From Rotaria socialis (Eukaryota), in contig CAJNYD010000020.1 in the NCBI GenBank assembly GCA_905331295.1, forward strand, positions 186,001 to 250,000: a DNA stretch of 64,000 nucleotides, read 5' to 3'. Position 1 is the stretch's first letter, and each line of letters starts with the position of its first letter. The notes beneath the pieces are model-generated. The model searched no databases. It had not been told where the DNA came from and saw nothing but the letters and a program-made list of their open reading frames with translations. Both the position numbers and the translations under genes were made by a program. Below are positions 12,135 to 25,045 of the stretch, piece after piece.

Positions 12135-14498
12135 TCATTGGAAAATATAGCTGTCGATATCAAAATATTTCATGTATACTATATAATCCCATGTAAAGCC
12201 AGGCCAAATAGCCGTGTTATTTCCTTTCGCATCTTGATACCATGAATGGCAACCACCACTTTGCCATACGGTGCTCTTTAATTTTGATTGTATTGTTTGA
12301 TTGAATTGTTCGTGTACATTTTGTTTAACATCGATCATTTGAAGATCGTTCTTTTCCATATGCAGAAGAGCTTCGGCTATGTAATGTATTTGTGCTTCGA
12401 TCATTACAAGAACTGAATTATGACCAAGACCAGTGTTGGGTCCAAGAAGGAAAAATAAATTTGGAAAATTAGGTACCGTTGCACCACGATATGCCTATGA
12501 AAAAGAAAGCAATTTTTTAAAATATCTTTCTGGTATTAGAAAAATGCAAAGTGTCTACAAATTTAGAACGTTACTGTCCTTGTTCCATATTAAATCACTT
12601 TAATGTATTATACTTATAGCTTCTAAAATCTAGCATAGCCAATTTTCTACAAGTTTAGTTAGAAATCTTTCCATAATACACGATTGAGAAACAAAAGCAT
12701 ACGTTGAACTTTGCAGTATGTTCATTTATCTAATTCCCATTCTAATTGATTTAAAACTTTGACTTTACTGGAATTTTAACGACATTTCTTCAAATGATAT
12801 CGATAGATATTGGATTATTTTCGAAACAAATCAAGGAAAATAAATGAAAAATCCCTAAGTTAGATACCTAATGATAGTAATATTTGCAATTTACATCCCA
12901 ATGCAAAGCTATAGAAGTCAAACATCATAGTTACTTATTATGAAATACGTCTCTAACGCCCTTATATCATTTCATTCAGATCATTTACCTCAAAAGATTC
13001 TGACCATTGTTCAGCTAATGATCGACCATTCATTCCAACGATATTTAATGTAAATGTTTGAACCTTGAATCCAGTTGACCACACAATAATGTCTACTGGA
13101 TGTTCAGTGCCATCGCGAGTTACAATTGAATCCGATTTAACTTCTTGAATACGATCCGTCACTAGTTTTACATTTGGTTGTTCTAGAGTTGGATACCAAG
13201 CGTTCGATACAAGAACACGTTTACAACCAAGATCAAATTTGGGTGTTAATTTTTTTCTTAGTTCTCTATCTTTTACTTGTCTCCCAAGATTAAGTTTGGC
13301 AATTTCTTGTAGAGCATGGCGTATGGGCAAACGATAAGTAAATGAAAGTGCCGTAGCTTCACGCATCCAATAGACCAAACCTCGAACAAGTTTCTGAATA
13401 ATTGGAAATCTTGCAAACAGTCGTTTTTCCCAATTTGAAACAGGCCGATCCATTCGAGGAATAACCCATCCAGGTGTACGTTGAAACACCAGCAGTTGTT
13501 TCACACCAATTTTATGTATTTCGGGTACAGTTTGAATGGCACTAGCACCAGTGCCAACTACTGCTACTCGTTTATTTTTAAAATCAATTGTTTTATCCCA
13601 TTCAGCCGTATGACACATTCGACCTTCAAATTTATCAATACCAGGAATATCAGTTGGATAAGATGCATTCGATAACGGGCCATAACCAGCCATCACAAAT
13701 CGAGCATAAATTTGTTTTTCTTCATCATTTGATTTAGTTGTGACTCTCCATACATGTCGATCTTCAATCCATTCANCCAACTACTGCTACTCGTTTATTT
13801 TTAAAATCAATTGTTTTATCCCATTCAGCCGTATGACACATTCGACCTTCAAATTTATCAATACCAGGAATATCAGTTGGATAAGATGCATTCGATAACG
13901 GGCCATAACCAGCCATCACAAATCGAGCATAAATTTGTTTTTCTTCATCATTTGATTTAGTTGTGACTCTCCATACATGTCGATCTTCAATCCATTCAAG
14001 TTTTGTAACTGTTGTATCGAATTGAATATGTCGACGAATATCATACTTATCGGTACAATGTTCAAGATATTGACCTATTTCAGGTTGTCGACTAAAGAAA
14101 TACGACCAGTTTGGATTGGGTTCAAATGAAAACGAGTAAAGATTAGATGGAACATCACATGCACATCCTGGATATGTGTTTGCATACCATGTACCACCGA
14201 CATGTCCATGGCGTTCAATAATAGTGAAATTATCAGTACCTAATTCTTTTAATTTGATAGCCATGCCTAAACCAGAGAAACCAGAGCCAATAATAAGAGA
14301 ATAATATTCGTTGTCTTTTTTGTTATTTGCTGAAGTGAGTTTACGATTTGCATTTCGATTACGAAAACCACATGGATCCAAAAAGAGCCAGTAGAAAAGC
14401 TGTCCTGTAAAGCCAACGATTATTGTTACAAGGATGGTCGAATATGTTATTATAAGTAGACCTAACATATAAAGTATGTTCCATATTTGATGTACCAT
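12135..14498 (-). CDS. Baeyer-Villiger/flavin-containing monooxygenase, copy B; exons 14498-12989 (interrupted by assembly gap N13776 with a 222-bp overlap) and 12494-12135
   Basis: GSGFSG Rossmann motif, GGTWYANTYPGCACDVPS, BVMO fingerprint FEGRMCHTAEWD (FxGxxxHxxxWD), second motif GTGASAIQ and N-terminal TM helix. GT-AG intron at 12988-12495. Confidence 0.9.
13554..13998. repeat. 222-bp exact direct duplication around a single N (scaffold-gap overlap)
   Basis: 13554-13775 matches 13777-13998, with the N at 13776. Confidence 0.9.
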
Positions 14499-15074
14499 GG
14501 TAAATAAGATACTTGTTTTGTGTCTGTTTCGTTACTTCGAACGAAATTGTTGATGAAGTTAAACACAGTTCTTATCTAAAAAGTCAAATGATAATCTTAA
14601 CTCAGTCGTATACTTTGTCGTTCGAATTACACGAATGTTATATGCAGAAGGTAAACGAAAAAGCACGTGTGAAAATGTTTCTTCTACTTTCTGCTTTCGA
14701 GTTGCTTGCCTTTTACAAGGCCGCTATTTGCATTTTCTTATAGAAAAAATATATCTAAACAGCGAACGCTGCCCTGGATGGTGTATTATCATCTAATATG
14801 ACGTTTCATTTGTGATACGCAATACACAGTAATACTTCACTTATGCACGTGAGTCTATCAACGAATTAAAATTAATTTCTATACAAAAACAAGTAACACA
14901 AATTTGAAATAGATCGTAAAGGTATATTATCGAAACGCATAAAAATGTTTTCAACAATCGTTTGTGAGTTTAAAATGCAAAATAAATATAAAGAAATTCA
15001 AAATTAGAGTGTTTTTTAGTCAAAATTGTTCATAAGCAAAATAAAAATTCAATAATAGATCATTCTATTAATTC

Positions 15075-15470
15075 CTTTCCAGGGTTGACACCAAGAACAA
15101 TAACAACCAACCACTTACTTTCTTCTCATTGTTCATTTGACAATATCAATCGACTATTCATGCTTTTTGAATAATTGGAATTCTTTCGAATAGCTGTTTT
15201 TTCCGGTTTATAATAATTTGATTCATTCGAGAATTAACCCTACCGAGGTAGGTATACGCTGGAAAACAAACCATTGTCTCATATCAGTTGGATAACATTT
15301 ATTTGATATAGCACTATAACCAGCCACACTCTGAAATACCATTTGATTGAGTTTGTAGTTTTCACACTTGTCTATCGTCAATCTATTCAAGTTTTGTAAC
15401 TGTTGTATTGAATTGAATACATCGATGAAAATCACATCTATTATCTGGACAATGTTTAAGATATTTCTTC
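15075..15470 (-). pseudogene. Internally deleted BVMO pseudogene fragment (third tandem copy)
   Basis: VAGYSAISNKCYPTD (cf. MAGYGPLSNASYPTD) is fused to FVFQRIP (cf. LVFQRTP). The nucleotides ttcaagttttgtaactgttgtat are shared with both intact copies, and frameshifts are present. Confidence 0.75.
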
Positions 15471-16737
15471 ATCTCTTGCTGTAATTTTGTTTAAGAATAA
15501 ATTTTTCGAATAAAAGCAAGAGTGAGAGTATGATAACAGATCTTTTTTCTTGCTATTTTCAGCTTTTTTGTCGATAAAAAATTGTTATGTTCGAGTCAAT
15601 GCACGTGTTTGTGTAACAGTAATAAATCTTGTGATTTAATCTTAAGAGCTAGTTCCATGCAAAATAAATTTATCGATAGCTAATTACAATAGTTATCATC
15701 TTAATGATACATTAAAGCACGTATAAAGCTTTTTTTTTGGTAATGCATAAAATATGAGAACGTCTGTCGCTGAGCATATATTGTCAATTATTCACGAACA
15801 TTTTTTGTCAAGCTATACTTAATCAGAATATTGTAGCAGTTATGTAGAGAGACAGCGAATACTATTTACAATAATCTGTGTGTTATTCTCTAATGTAAAA
15901 TTTTTCTCATTTCTTTGTAAAATTGAAATAACTGACTATCACAAAAACACATCAAATGCTAAGCTACAAAAATATAAACGCTTTAAAATAGAGCTTTTTT
16001 CGTCAAATAAAATTGTCATTATATCCGAATTGAAAATATATTGTTGTTTTTATGTAGCAATTTATTTATTTGTTTTGATATGCTTGGTTGTTTTTAGTGC
16101 GAAAATAAAAATATACTCAGTATATTCATACATCGCAGCGCTTATCAGGATTCCAACGAAAACATTATTTGCAAAGGACGTTTCCCTCGGGATTTATCAG
16201 AACACTGCGGTGTATGAGTATATTACTCAGCACACAGACTTGTATTTTCTCCGCTGACTTTGTACATACTTTTTTTTACAAAAACTCGAGTCTTCTGCTA
16301 AATGATAAGACTGTCTAGAAAATGAAGTATCCAGTAAAACTAAACATGGATTTTAGTGATGCTCTGAGTCAAGATCAGGAATTATAGAAATTTCTCGTAG
16401 TTAAACCTACACTTAGTTGCTGATCTTTTATCATCATAAATAAACTCACTCTGAACAAGTCAATTTTACTAAAATCGATTATGAAGAACTGATAATTTTC
16501 GCAACAACATCAATGACTTCCAGTCAATATGTAATGCAATAGAAAAACAAATACAGTAAAACTCTATGTAAAGATGGCATAAAGCAATATAAAATGAAGT
16601 TTATAAACTTATCGTCTAAACATATGAAAGTCATTCAAGATAATTACAATAGTTTATATGAAAATGTGTTTAAAAGCTTTTATTTTTCGAAAAAAGTAAA
16701 ATATAAACATGTTTATTTAACTACAAAAAATGAATAA

Positions 16738-18450
16738 TCATGATTGAAACATATAGTTCTTAAAGTCGAAGTTTTTCATCAGCAAAATATAAACCCATGT
16801 GAAATCAGGCCAGATTGTTGTATTATTTCCTTTGGCATCTTGATACCATGAACGACAACCACCACTTTGCCATACCGTATTCTTCAATTTTGCTTGTAAT
16901 TTGTGATTAAACTCATCGTGTACATCTTGTTTAATATCGAGCGTGCGAACATTATGTTCTTCCATATATAGAAGAGCTTCGGCTATATAATGTATCTGTG
17001 CTTCAATCATGACTATCACCGAATTATGACCAAGACCCGTGTTTGGACCAAGAAGAAGAAAAGTGTTCGGAAAGTTTGGTACAGTTACGCCACGATATGC
17101 CTTAACGAAAATGAAACACATTTCGATAAAAATCTTGCAGAAAAGAAATCATGTAACACTTACTTGCATTGTTTCTGACCATTGGTCTTGTAGATTTTGA
17201 CGATTTATTCCAACGACATCTAATGGAAACGTTTGAACTTGAAATCCGGTTGACCATATAATGATATCTACTGGATATTCGACGCCATCACAAGTTACTA
17301 TTGAATTCGATTTGATTTCTTGCATACGATCCGTTACTACTTTTACATTTGGCTGTTGTATAGATGCATACCAATCATTCGACAGAAGAACACGTTTACA
17401 ACCAAGATCAAATTTGGGTGTTAATTTTTTTCTTAGTTCCTTATCTTTTACTTGTCGTCGAAGGTTAAATTTAACAAGTTCTTCATTCAAAAGTCGAACA
17501 GGTAGACGATAAGTAAATGAGAGTACAGTTGATTCACGTACCCAATAGACAAAACCTCGAACAAGTTTTTGAATAATTGGAAATCTCGCAAACAATCGTT
17601 TTTCCCAATCATTGACAATTCTATCAACTCGAGGAATAATCCATGGTGGTGTACGTTGAAAAACAAGTAATTGTGTTACACCAGCTTTTTGTATTTCAGG
17701 TACAGTTTGAATGGCACTAGCACCAGTCCCAACTACTGCTACTCGTTTATTTTTAAAATCAATTGTTTTATCCCATTCAGCCGTATGACACATTCGACCT
17801 TCAAATTTATCAATACCAGGAATATCAGTTGGATAAGATGCATTCGATAACGGGCCATAACCAGCCATCACAAATCGAGCATAAATTTGTTTTTCTTCAT
17901 CATTTGATTTAGTTGTGACTCTCCATACATGTCGATCTTCAATCCATTCAAGTTTTGTAACTGTTGTATCGAATTGAATATGTCGACGAATATCATACTT
18001 ATCGGTACAATGTTCAAGATATTGACCTATTTCAGGTTGTCGACTAAAGAAATACGACCAGTTTGGATTGGGTTCAAATGAAAACGAGTAAAGATTAGAT
18101 GGAACATCACATGCACATCCTGGATATGTGTTTGCATACCATGTACCACCGACATGTCCATGGCGTTCAATAATAGTGAAATTATCAGTACCTAATTCTT
18201 TTAATTTGATAGCCATGCCTAAACCAGAGAAACCAGAGCCAATAATAAGAGAATAATATTCGTTGTATTTTTTGTTATTTGCTGAAGTGAGTTTACGATT
18301 TGCATTTCGATTACGAAAACCGCAGAGATCAATAAAGATCCAGTAGAAAAATTGACTAGCAAAGCCTACCACCACTGCTAACGTCATAACAATATAGGCA
18401 CCTAGCACATATAATAGTAATAGCCCTTTCGACATTGCTGCGTCGTCCAT
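16738..18450 (-). CDS. Baeyer-Villiger/flavin-containing monooxygenase, copy A; exons 18450-17164 and 17100-16738
   Basis: Same BVMO motifs as copy B. A 63-bp intron (17163-17101) lies at the same position as the 494-bp intron of copy B (WSExx[QE]|AYRG). The C-terminus has GCRSWYQDAKGNN. Confidence 0.93.
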
Positions 18451-18890
18451 CTAGAAAACGTTTCGAAAAATATTATTTTGTATGAAGCGATACGTGAAAC
18501 TTTATAGTGACTACGAACACTCCACTTTTTAAATGTCTTTTTATCGCGCGTGACTACGTCATCGTACGATCGGTACGAACGGAATTTTAAAGCATGTCGT
18601 TGTTGTCTTAGGGCAAAGTACATTTTAATATTTTTTTTCTCTTTCTGTTTTTGTCTGCATAAAGCTTGAGTAAATAGAAGAAGACCTTATCATCATTGCA
18701 TTGCTTAACTCATTGCTATACGTTAGATGAATAGTACTCGAGTATCTTCATATATGTAAATCTATATAGTCGGTATAATAAAGAACATTATAGTATTATA
18801 AGAACACAGAAGAGATATGTCACATCATAGTGAATCAGTTTTTAAAATAGACCGAAGAAAAAAAAAGAAATATTCTATTTCACGAGTAAT

Positions 18891-19997
18891 TTATCTAGTC
18901 ATATTTAAAATATGTCTGGCGCGCCGGAGTAATGGTTTATCAACCATCGTTTGACCACGAAATGTAAATGCTCCTTTGCCTTCTTCTTTTTCATGTTTTT
19001 CATACGCTTCAATTAATTCTTTAGCCCATGTTGTGCTTGATTCTGATGGAGAAAATGCTGCTTGAACAATTGGTACTTGTTGAGGATGAATGACTTGTTT
19101 ACCAGTAAAACCCCAAGCAGCACCTTGTTCAGATTGTTTTTTTAATCCATCTAAATCTTTAAAATTAATATAAACCATATCAATTGGTTGAGCATTTTCA
19201 AATAAACGACATATTGTTACTAATTTTTGCCTTGCATAAGTTAATTCGACTGCATCAAGTGAATAACGACCGTTAATACCAACATCAGCTGAAAAATCAT
19301 CTGAACCAAAAACTACACCTTGTAATGAAAATAAACTCGAAGCAGTAGTAAGAATTGAACGAAGATCAACTAAACTTCGTGCACTTTCACAATATAATAC
19401 TAAATTATATTGACGATTCGACTAAAGAAACAAAGTAGAAAATAATCAAAAGTTGAAACTGCATCCTTAAAACTATTACTGATGTTCTATCATGAATTGA
19501 AATCAATCTATTTTATTTTATATAATGAAACTCATTTTAAGATGAACTGTACACGCACAGAATTTCTGATCATTTTTGTTTAGAATAAATTTAACAGTAT
19601 GAACACTTACACCAAGACGATCCGCAAGCCATTTCATTTCATCTACTGTATCAACTTTGGGCACGAATAGACAATCAATTGACGTTGATAAATCTTTTAA
19701 AAGTTTAACATCATCGTTAATATGATTAGATGAAACAGCATTGATGCGAACACAAATTTCACGATTAATTTTTGATACTGATTCATTTAAATAACGAAAT
19801 ATATTTTCACGTGCTAGTTTTTTGGCAGTTTCAGCAACCCCATCTTCTAGATCAAGTACAACACAATCTGTATTTGTAAATGTTGTAAGTTTTGTTAACT
19901 TTTTCCAATCACTCGATGGTACAGTCAAAACAGCACGACGAGGTAAACTTCGACCAAAATAAGCACCTACTTGACGTAGAGTAGCCGCAGCAGCCAT
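18891..19997 (-). CDS. CLYBL: Citrate lyase beta-like / citramalyl-CoA lyase (HpcH/HpaI aldolase fold), likely mitochondrial; exons 19997-19611 and 19421-18891
   Basis: PRRAVLTVP, VLDLEDGV, VRIN, FGSDDF and GFTGKQVIHPQQ motifs, with an Ala/Arg-rich N-terminal targeting-like peptide. Confidence 0.88.
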
Positions 19998-20981
19998 CTT
20001 CACTTTCCAAACCCTCGAACATTTACAGACTTACTAAGCAATGGTCACAAATAAATAACTAATCGTATGCGAAATTTCAGAGCTTCGATGTATACAGATC
20101 TATTGATAGAAATATCATTATTATTATCATTATATTTTAACTAATTAAGTAGTTTTACGTAAAATAGATTTAAATTTGTCGCAAACATCCTGTGTATGAG
20201 TGACCTCTATCGTCTCATTTTATATGCAAGCAATATGTTATATACTAATCTTTTGAACAAAATAAAATCAGCTGAGGAAAATGAAACCATACTATTCAAC
20301 TAAGGTCCTTCTCATAGTCATAAAAAATTCAATAAATCTTTTCTCACAATTTAGTCCATAGTTTCATGTGCTTAACTGTACCACTCAGATTCATTTCAAT
20401 ATAATCATCAATATATGATTGCTATGTTTAGCAAACAATGTTTGAAATAATTAATGATGATTTAATAATTGATCTATCGCGGTATCGACTAATTTAGTTA
20501 CATCAATTCAGTTTGACCAAAGAGTCTCGCTTTATTGAAAAATTGTGGTTTGCAATTTCTAGTGACTTTTTTTTATTGATTCATATTCTTCAACAATTTT
20601 CGATCGAACTTTTAAGGAAGCCACAGCTCTCGTACCTACGCAATTTTCTACCACTCTACCATAAACACTTTTCATTTGAAGAGGCTGAATTTGTTTTTCG
20701 ATATTAATTCAAGTGATTTCATTGTGACTGAAAATATATTCTATTAAATGATGAATTTGCAATTGAAAGTTTCTAGCTACGTAATTATAGACTCTTGTTT
20801 TGCGACAATAATTTTTTCTAAATGAATCCCAAATAAATCCTTTATAAAAAAAAAGCGGGGATAAACAATGAAAAAGTGCAAAGAGACCTATTGATTCTGC
20901 CAAACTTGTTGTTTTGTTTATTTTCATTGTTAAATATCAAAACCACAAATAGACGGAAAAAAAATTCTTCTAAAATAAGAT

Positions 20982-22733
20982 CTAATCTTCGATAAAAATT
21001 GAATGATAGAAAAAATTTAAACATTGCTTATATGCTTCTTGAGCATTATTATAAACTTTGCCTTTAATTGTCTTATCTCCTGGCATCTGTTCGTCGCATT
21101 GAGCAATGAAGTCTTCGAATGTATGTAACTCATCTTCTGAAGGTATTTCTCCTTGTATTAACCGTTGGAATGCTTCATCGAATGGTTTTGATATTATATT
21201 TTTTTCACCAGTTCCCTCGGATAATCGATCATAATTTGGCCATTGTTCAATACATGGTTGGCATTGACATTGAAAATGATATTGTTCATCAAGTTTCTTT
21301 TGCCGTTCTTCTTTAGCCATTGTTGCTGATAAACAACCATAATTATCTACTAATTCAATATTATTCGATGATATCGAACTAAGAAGACGAACTAGTACAG
21401 TATCACCAATAAAATTCCGTATTACATTTGGATTACACGAATGGTTAAATAAACTCAATGTTGCATATATACCTGCACCTATTTCATTGCACGATGATGA
21501 TAGTGGTGATGAACGATGGTAGATAAATTCTGATATCTCATGTGCATTACATGGTAATGATTGTAGATGAGATAAGAGTAATGAACAAATATATATTTGA
21601 TAGTCTAAGTTTTCATATGCTTGATGACTAAATGACGTATTACCGATAAGTGAAATACCAATACTACATGCTTGAATAGATCGTTGTAATAAATCATCCA
21701 CTGAACGTTTATGTGAATTTGTTTCTAATTTTAATATGTTTTCATAATTGTCCCATTGATAAGTTTTGTCCGTTTCATTTTCTATTTTATTTCCTTTGAG
21801 ATAATTTTCAAATTGTACTTTATTTTTAAATAATTCTCGCCATCCAGTTTTAGTTATTAAACGTAATGCTAATAATTGCATTTTATCAAGACGATCGATT
21901 GTAAGCCGACATTCAAATGCATGCCAAAGTATAGAACTTTGAAGACAATCGAATGAACAATAAACGGCACGTGTACATTGAGAACAGGCAAATACGATAA
22001 GTTGAATTCGACGTAAACACATATGACAATGAGTTAACCATGCCGACGGTAATAAAACAGAAGCATATGGCTTTTCAATTAAGATAATTGTGCCAGGTTT
22101 TAATATTGATGAATTATTCGCTGAGACAACATGTCGGCCACGATCTGGTGAACTATGAATATCAGCATGCGATGTTAAACTTGGATAATTAGTATTGAAT
22201 GTTTGATTTAATTTCAATTGTTCTAGTTCATGTTCTAATTGAGTATTGTCATCGTCGATTATTTGTTCATCTTCAGCTTTACTTCTAAGACATTGTTGTA
22301 AACGTTGTTCAAGACGTTGTCGACGTACATCATCTTCTTCATTCGATGATAGAAGATCAAGAGCACGATGTATATCTTGTGATGCTAAATGATAATATTT
22401 AAGATTAAATAATGTTGCCGATCGATTTCCTAGAGCAAGTGAAAGTTCGCGTGAATAAGATGGAGCATAACGTATGGCTTGGTTGTACAATGATAATGCA
22501 ATTTGATTATTATTTGATGCATAAGCTTCGTTACCTTTTTCACGAAATTCGGTCGATGTTTTAACGCATTTTAAACATGTTGTTTGTTCATCTAGTAATG
22601 CCGAGGATTTTTTAAGAAGTGAAACAAATTCAGAACATGATAGAAGACATGTTATACGAGAAAAATCGTTTGTACATGCAGCAAAAGCTTCTCGATCAAT
22701 AATATTCGATGCAAGATTAGCCAACGACAACAT
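20982..22733 (-). CDS. SMYD4: SET and MYND domain lysine methyltransferase (SMYD4-like), single coding exon
   Basis: N-terminal TPRs (REKGNEAY...LGNRSA), GRHVV, MYND finger (CHMC, CSQC, YCSFDC, HAFEC), SET motifs LFNHSCNPN and DNYG, and post-SET CQCQPC. Confidence 0.88.
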   Translation of the reverse strand: MLSLANLASNIIDREAFAACTNDFSRITCLLSCSEFVSLLKKSSALLDEQTTCLKCVKTSTEFREKGNEAYASNNNQIALSLYNQAIRYAPSYSRELSLALGNRSATLFNLKYYHLASQDIHRALDLLSSNEEDDVRRQRLEQRLQQCLRSKAEDEQIIDDDNTQLEHELEQLKLNQTFNTNYPSLTSHADIHSSPDRGRHVVSANNSSILKPGTIILIEKPYASVLLPSAWLTHCHMCLRRIQLIVFACSQCTRAVYCSFDCLQSSILWHAFECRLTIDRLDKMQLLALRLITKTGWRELFKNKVQFENYLKGNKIENETDKTYQWDNYENILKLETNSHKRSVDDLLQRSIQACSIGISLIGNTSFSHQAYENLDYQIYICSLLLSHLQSLPCNAHEISEFIYHRSSPLSSSCNEIGAGIYATLSLFNHSCNPNVIRNFIGDTVLVRLLSSISSNNIELVDNYGCLSATMAKEERQKKLDEQYHFQCQCQPCIEQWPNYDRLSEGTGEKNIISKPFDEAFQRLIQGEIPSEDELHTFEDFIAQCDEQMPGDKTIKGKVYNNAQEAYKQCLNFFYHSIFIED

Positions 22734-23379
22734 ATTTCTTCTTTACTTTACTACTGCAGAGAATAATCAAAGAGGTCAGACAATGTTGCACAACGATATT
22801 TGTCGTTCTTTTTCTTCTTCTTTTTTTTTCTCCTTTTTCTCGTTCTTACGTATGACTTAGCTATTGTATATTACGCGGCATTTACTGCGATCTACAGCTA
22901 AACACGTATTCTGAATGTAACAGCATTTCTATAGATTAAATACTCTAGTCTTGTTAGATTCTGCATTTCTTTTTGTAATACACATCATTTCTTTGATAAA
23001 ATGGCGACAGTCGAATGTGATACGAACTTCATAGAAGTGTGAAAATAAAAACTAACGGAGTTTCATCATTATATGACAGCTATATTGAATTATACAGGAA
23101 AAATTGAAAATGTGAAAGCCTTTCAATACTGTGAGTGTTGAATTCTTATAATTGAATTCTTTTTAAAAAAAATTGATATCAACACTAATATTGTTTTCAT
23201 CAATGATTTGTAAAGCAAAAGTCAAAACTAGCATGTTTTTTATTATCTCATCATTTTTGCCGAAAAACAGTTTCATTTCAACAAGTTCGTCTGTCATACA
23301 TACCCACGTGTATCTTTCAATCTTCATACATTGATAAAAATGTTGAAATCTGAAGTAGTTAATGTTCCATCCGGTCCTG

Positions 23380-24785
23380 GAGTTCAAGCGACACCTGCTT
23401 CACCATCATATACTGGTGGTCTGTATGTGTCTTCAGCAAAGCTTTGTCTTCTACACGTAAGATAATTTTGAAATCTTTTTTATAATCATTAGTGTTCATT
23501 GCTCGATAAATCAAGTCATGAATAGCAACGTCTAATTTGGGAAACTTTAAAAAAGACGATTAATAACTGTCAATAAAATAAATGAATCTAATTTAGTTTT
23601 CATTATTCATGAACTATTCAAAGTTAACATTGTATGTGGTCGTAGATTATTTGCTCGTGGCGTCGTTCAAGTTCAAATGGTGCCGCCATTTTATACATCG
23701 ATCTACATTGCATTGGTTTCAGTGATTAATACAAAATTTTCACAAATCGGTAAACTGATCGTCAAACGTCTTTCTGACATTTTCGTTTCGTCGAACATAT
23801 TAGCGAAATGATAAAAAGGCATTGTTTAGCAGGAACGAAACTCATTGCATATCTAATCGACTACAATGCAGTATGTATCTTTCTAAATGATCAAATTATT
23901 GTACCGTTTATTTTCTCTATTTAGCTACAATGAAATAGTTTCATTATAGATTTCAATTTTTTTTCTTTACCAAAACAAAATATAATTATCGACCAAACGA
24001 AATCGAGTTTAGTGGATCTTCGACGTACGCTATACTTAACGATTCAATCGAGTATTGATGCTGAAGAGTATGCACATAAATTACTAAAAATGAATTGCTA
24101 CCCTGGTCAAGAAGTAAGATTTCTTTTCTTTTGAAACTATTCAATTAAATCTATTTCGTAGATGGAATTATGTCAAATAATCCTCGATAGTTATGCACAA
24201 CAACGAACATATGACTGACTTTTGTTTATTGAAGAAAGAATACGTTGAATGCTTCGAAAAAGTTTTTCAAGATCAATATGACATTGTTTATCGTCTTGAA
24301 AATGTTAAATTTTTCGCTCATTTACTCGTCACTGATGCTATTTCATGGGATGTATATATTTCCTTCTATTGTTTTCTAAATAATACGTTTCTATTTTGTT
24401 TTTCTAGATTCTTTGTTGTCTTGTATTAACTAACGAAGACACCACGTCGTCGTCTCGTGTTTACATGAAGAATTTATTTTTAGAATCAGCTGAATCCATT
24501 GGTATAACTCAACGTAATAACCGTTTAACGGATAGGTATGTTATTTAAAAATGATAATATGTAATAGCCTTTTTCTTTATTTTCTAGAACATTAGTGGAG
24601 TACTTTGATGGTTTATTTCCTCGCAACGATCCAAAAAAGACTCGATTTTCAAGAAACTTCTTCACATCGATTGGTCGTGGTGGTTTAACGTAAGTGTTTT
24701 TTTTTATTTTTGTTAAATATTGATTTAATATAATCGTTTATTTTACTTTCACTTTAGAGATGATCTTCGAGAATTCATCACAACA
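23380..24785 (+). pseudogene. CWC22: Duplicated, intron-retaining CWC22 pseudogene
   Basis: Colinear nucleotide similarity to 48470-50905, including introns (e.g. gtaagatttcttttcttttgaaactattcaattaaa vs gtaagttttcttttcttttgaaactattcaattaaa). Carries stops, frameshifts and deletions, and lacks the region equivalent to ~49060-50060. Confidence 0.9.
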
Positions 24786-25045
24786 GATTCTTGCTAGAAT
24801 TTATCGAACTAGCGGCCATATATCCATGCCATCGTGTCTATTCATGCATGGCATCTGCGTTATTTTTTGTTTTCCATGAACTTGTGATAATTTTTTTTGT
24901 GAAAGCTGTTCTTTTTCAAATAAAAAAGTTAAAATTAAATTTTATATTTTAATTTCACTATGTTACTGTAATATACTAATACATACAAGGAGCTATTTGT
25001 TTTTATTAATAATCTTAATAGAACATTTAATAAACTTGATGATCA

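Noticed and set aside
13554..13998. Apparent internal duplication or split of BVMO copy B into two ORFs
   Set aside because: An exact overlap on both sides of a single N is the signature of an unmerged contig overlap, not biology.
12135..20003. BVMO plus citrate-lyase-like genes as a bacterial operon or contaminant
   Set aside because: All carry spliceosomal introns and share the host base composition, and CLYBL looks like the ordinary animal mitochondrial gene.
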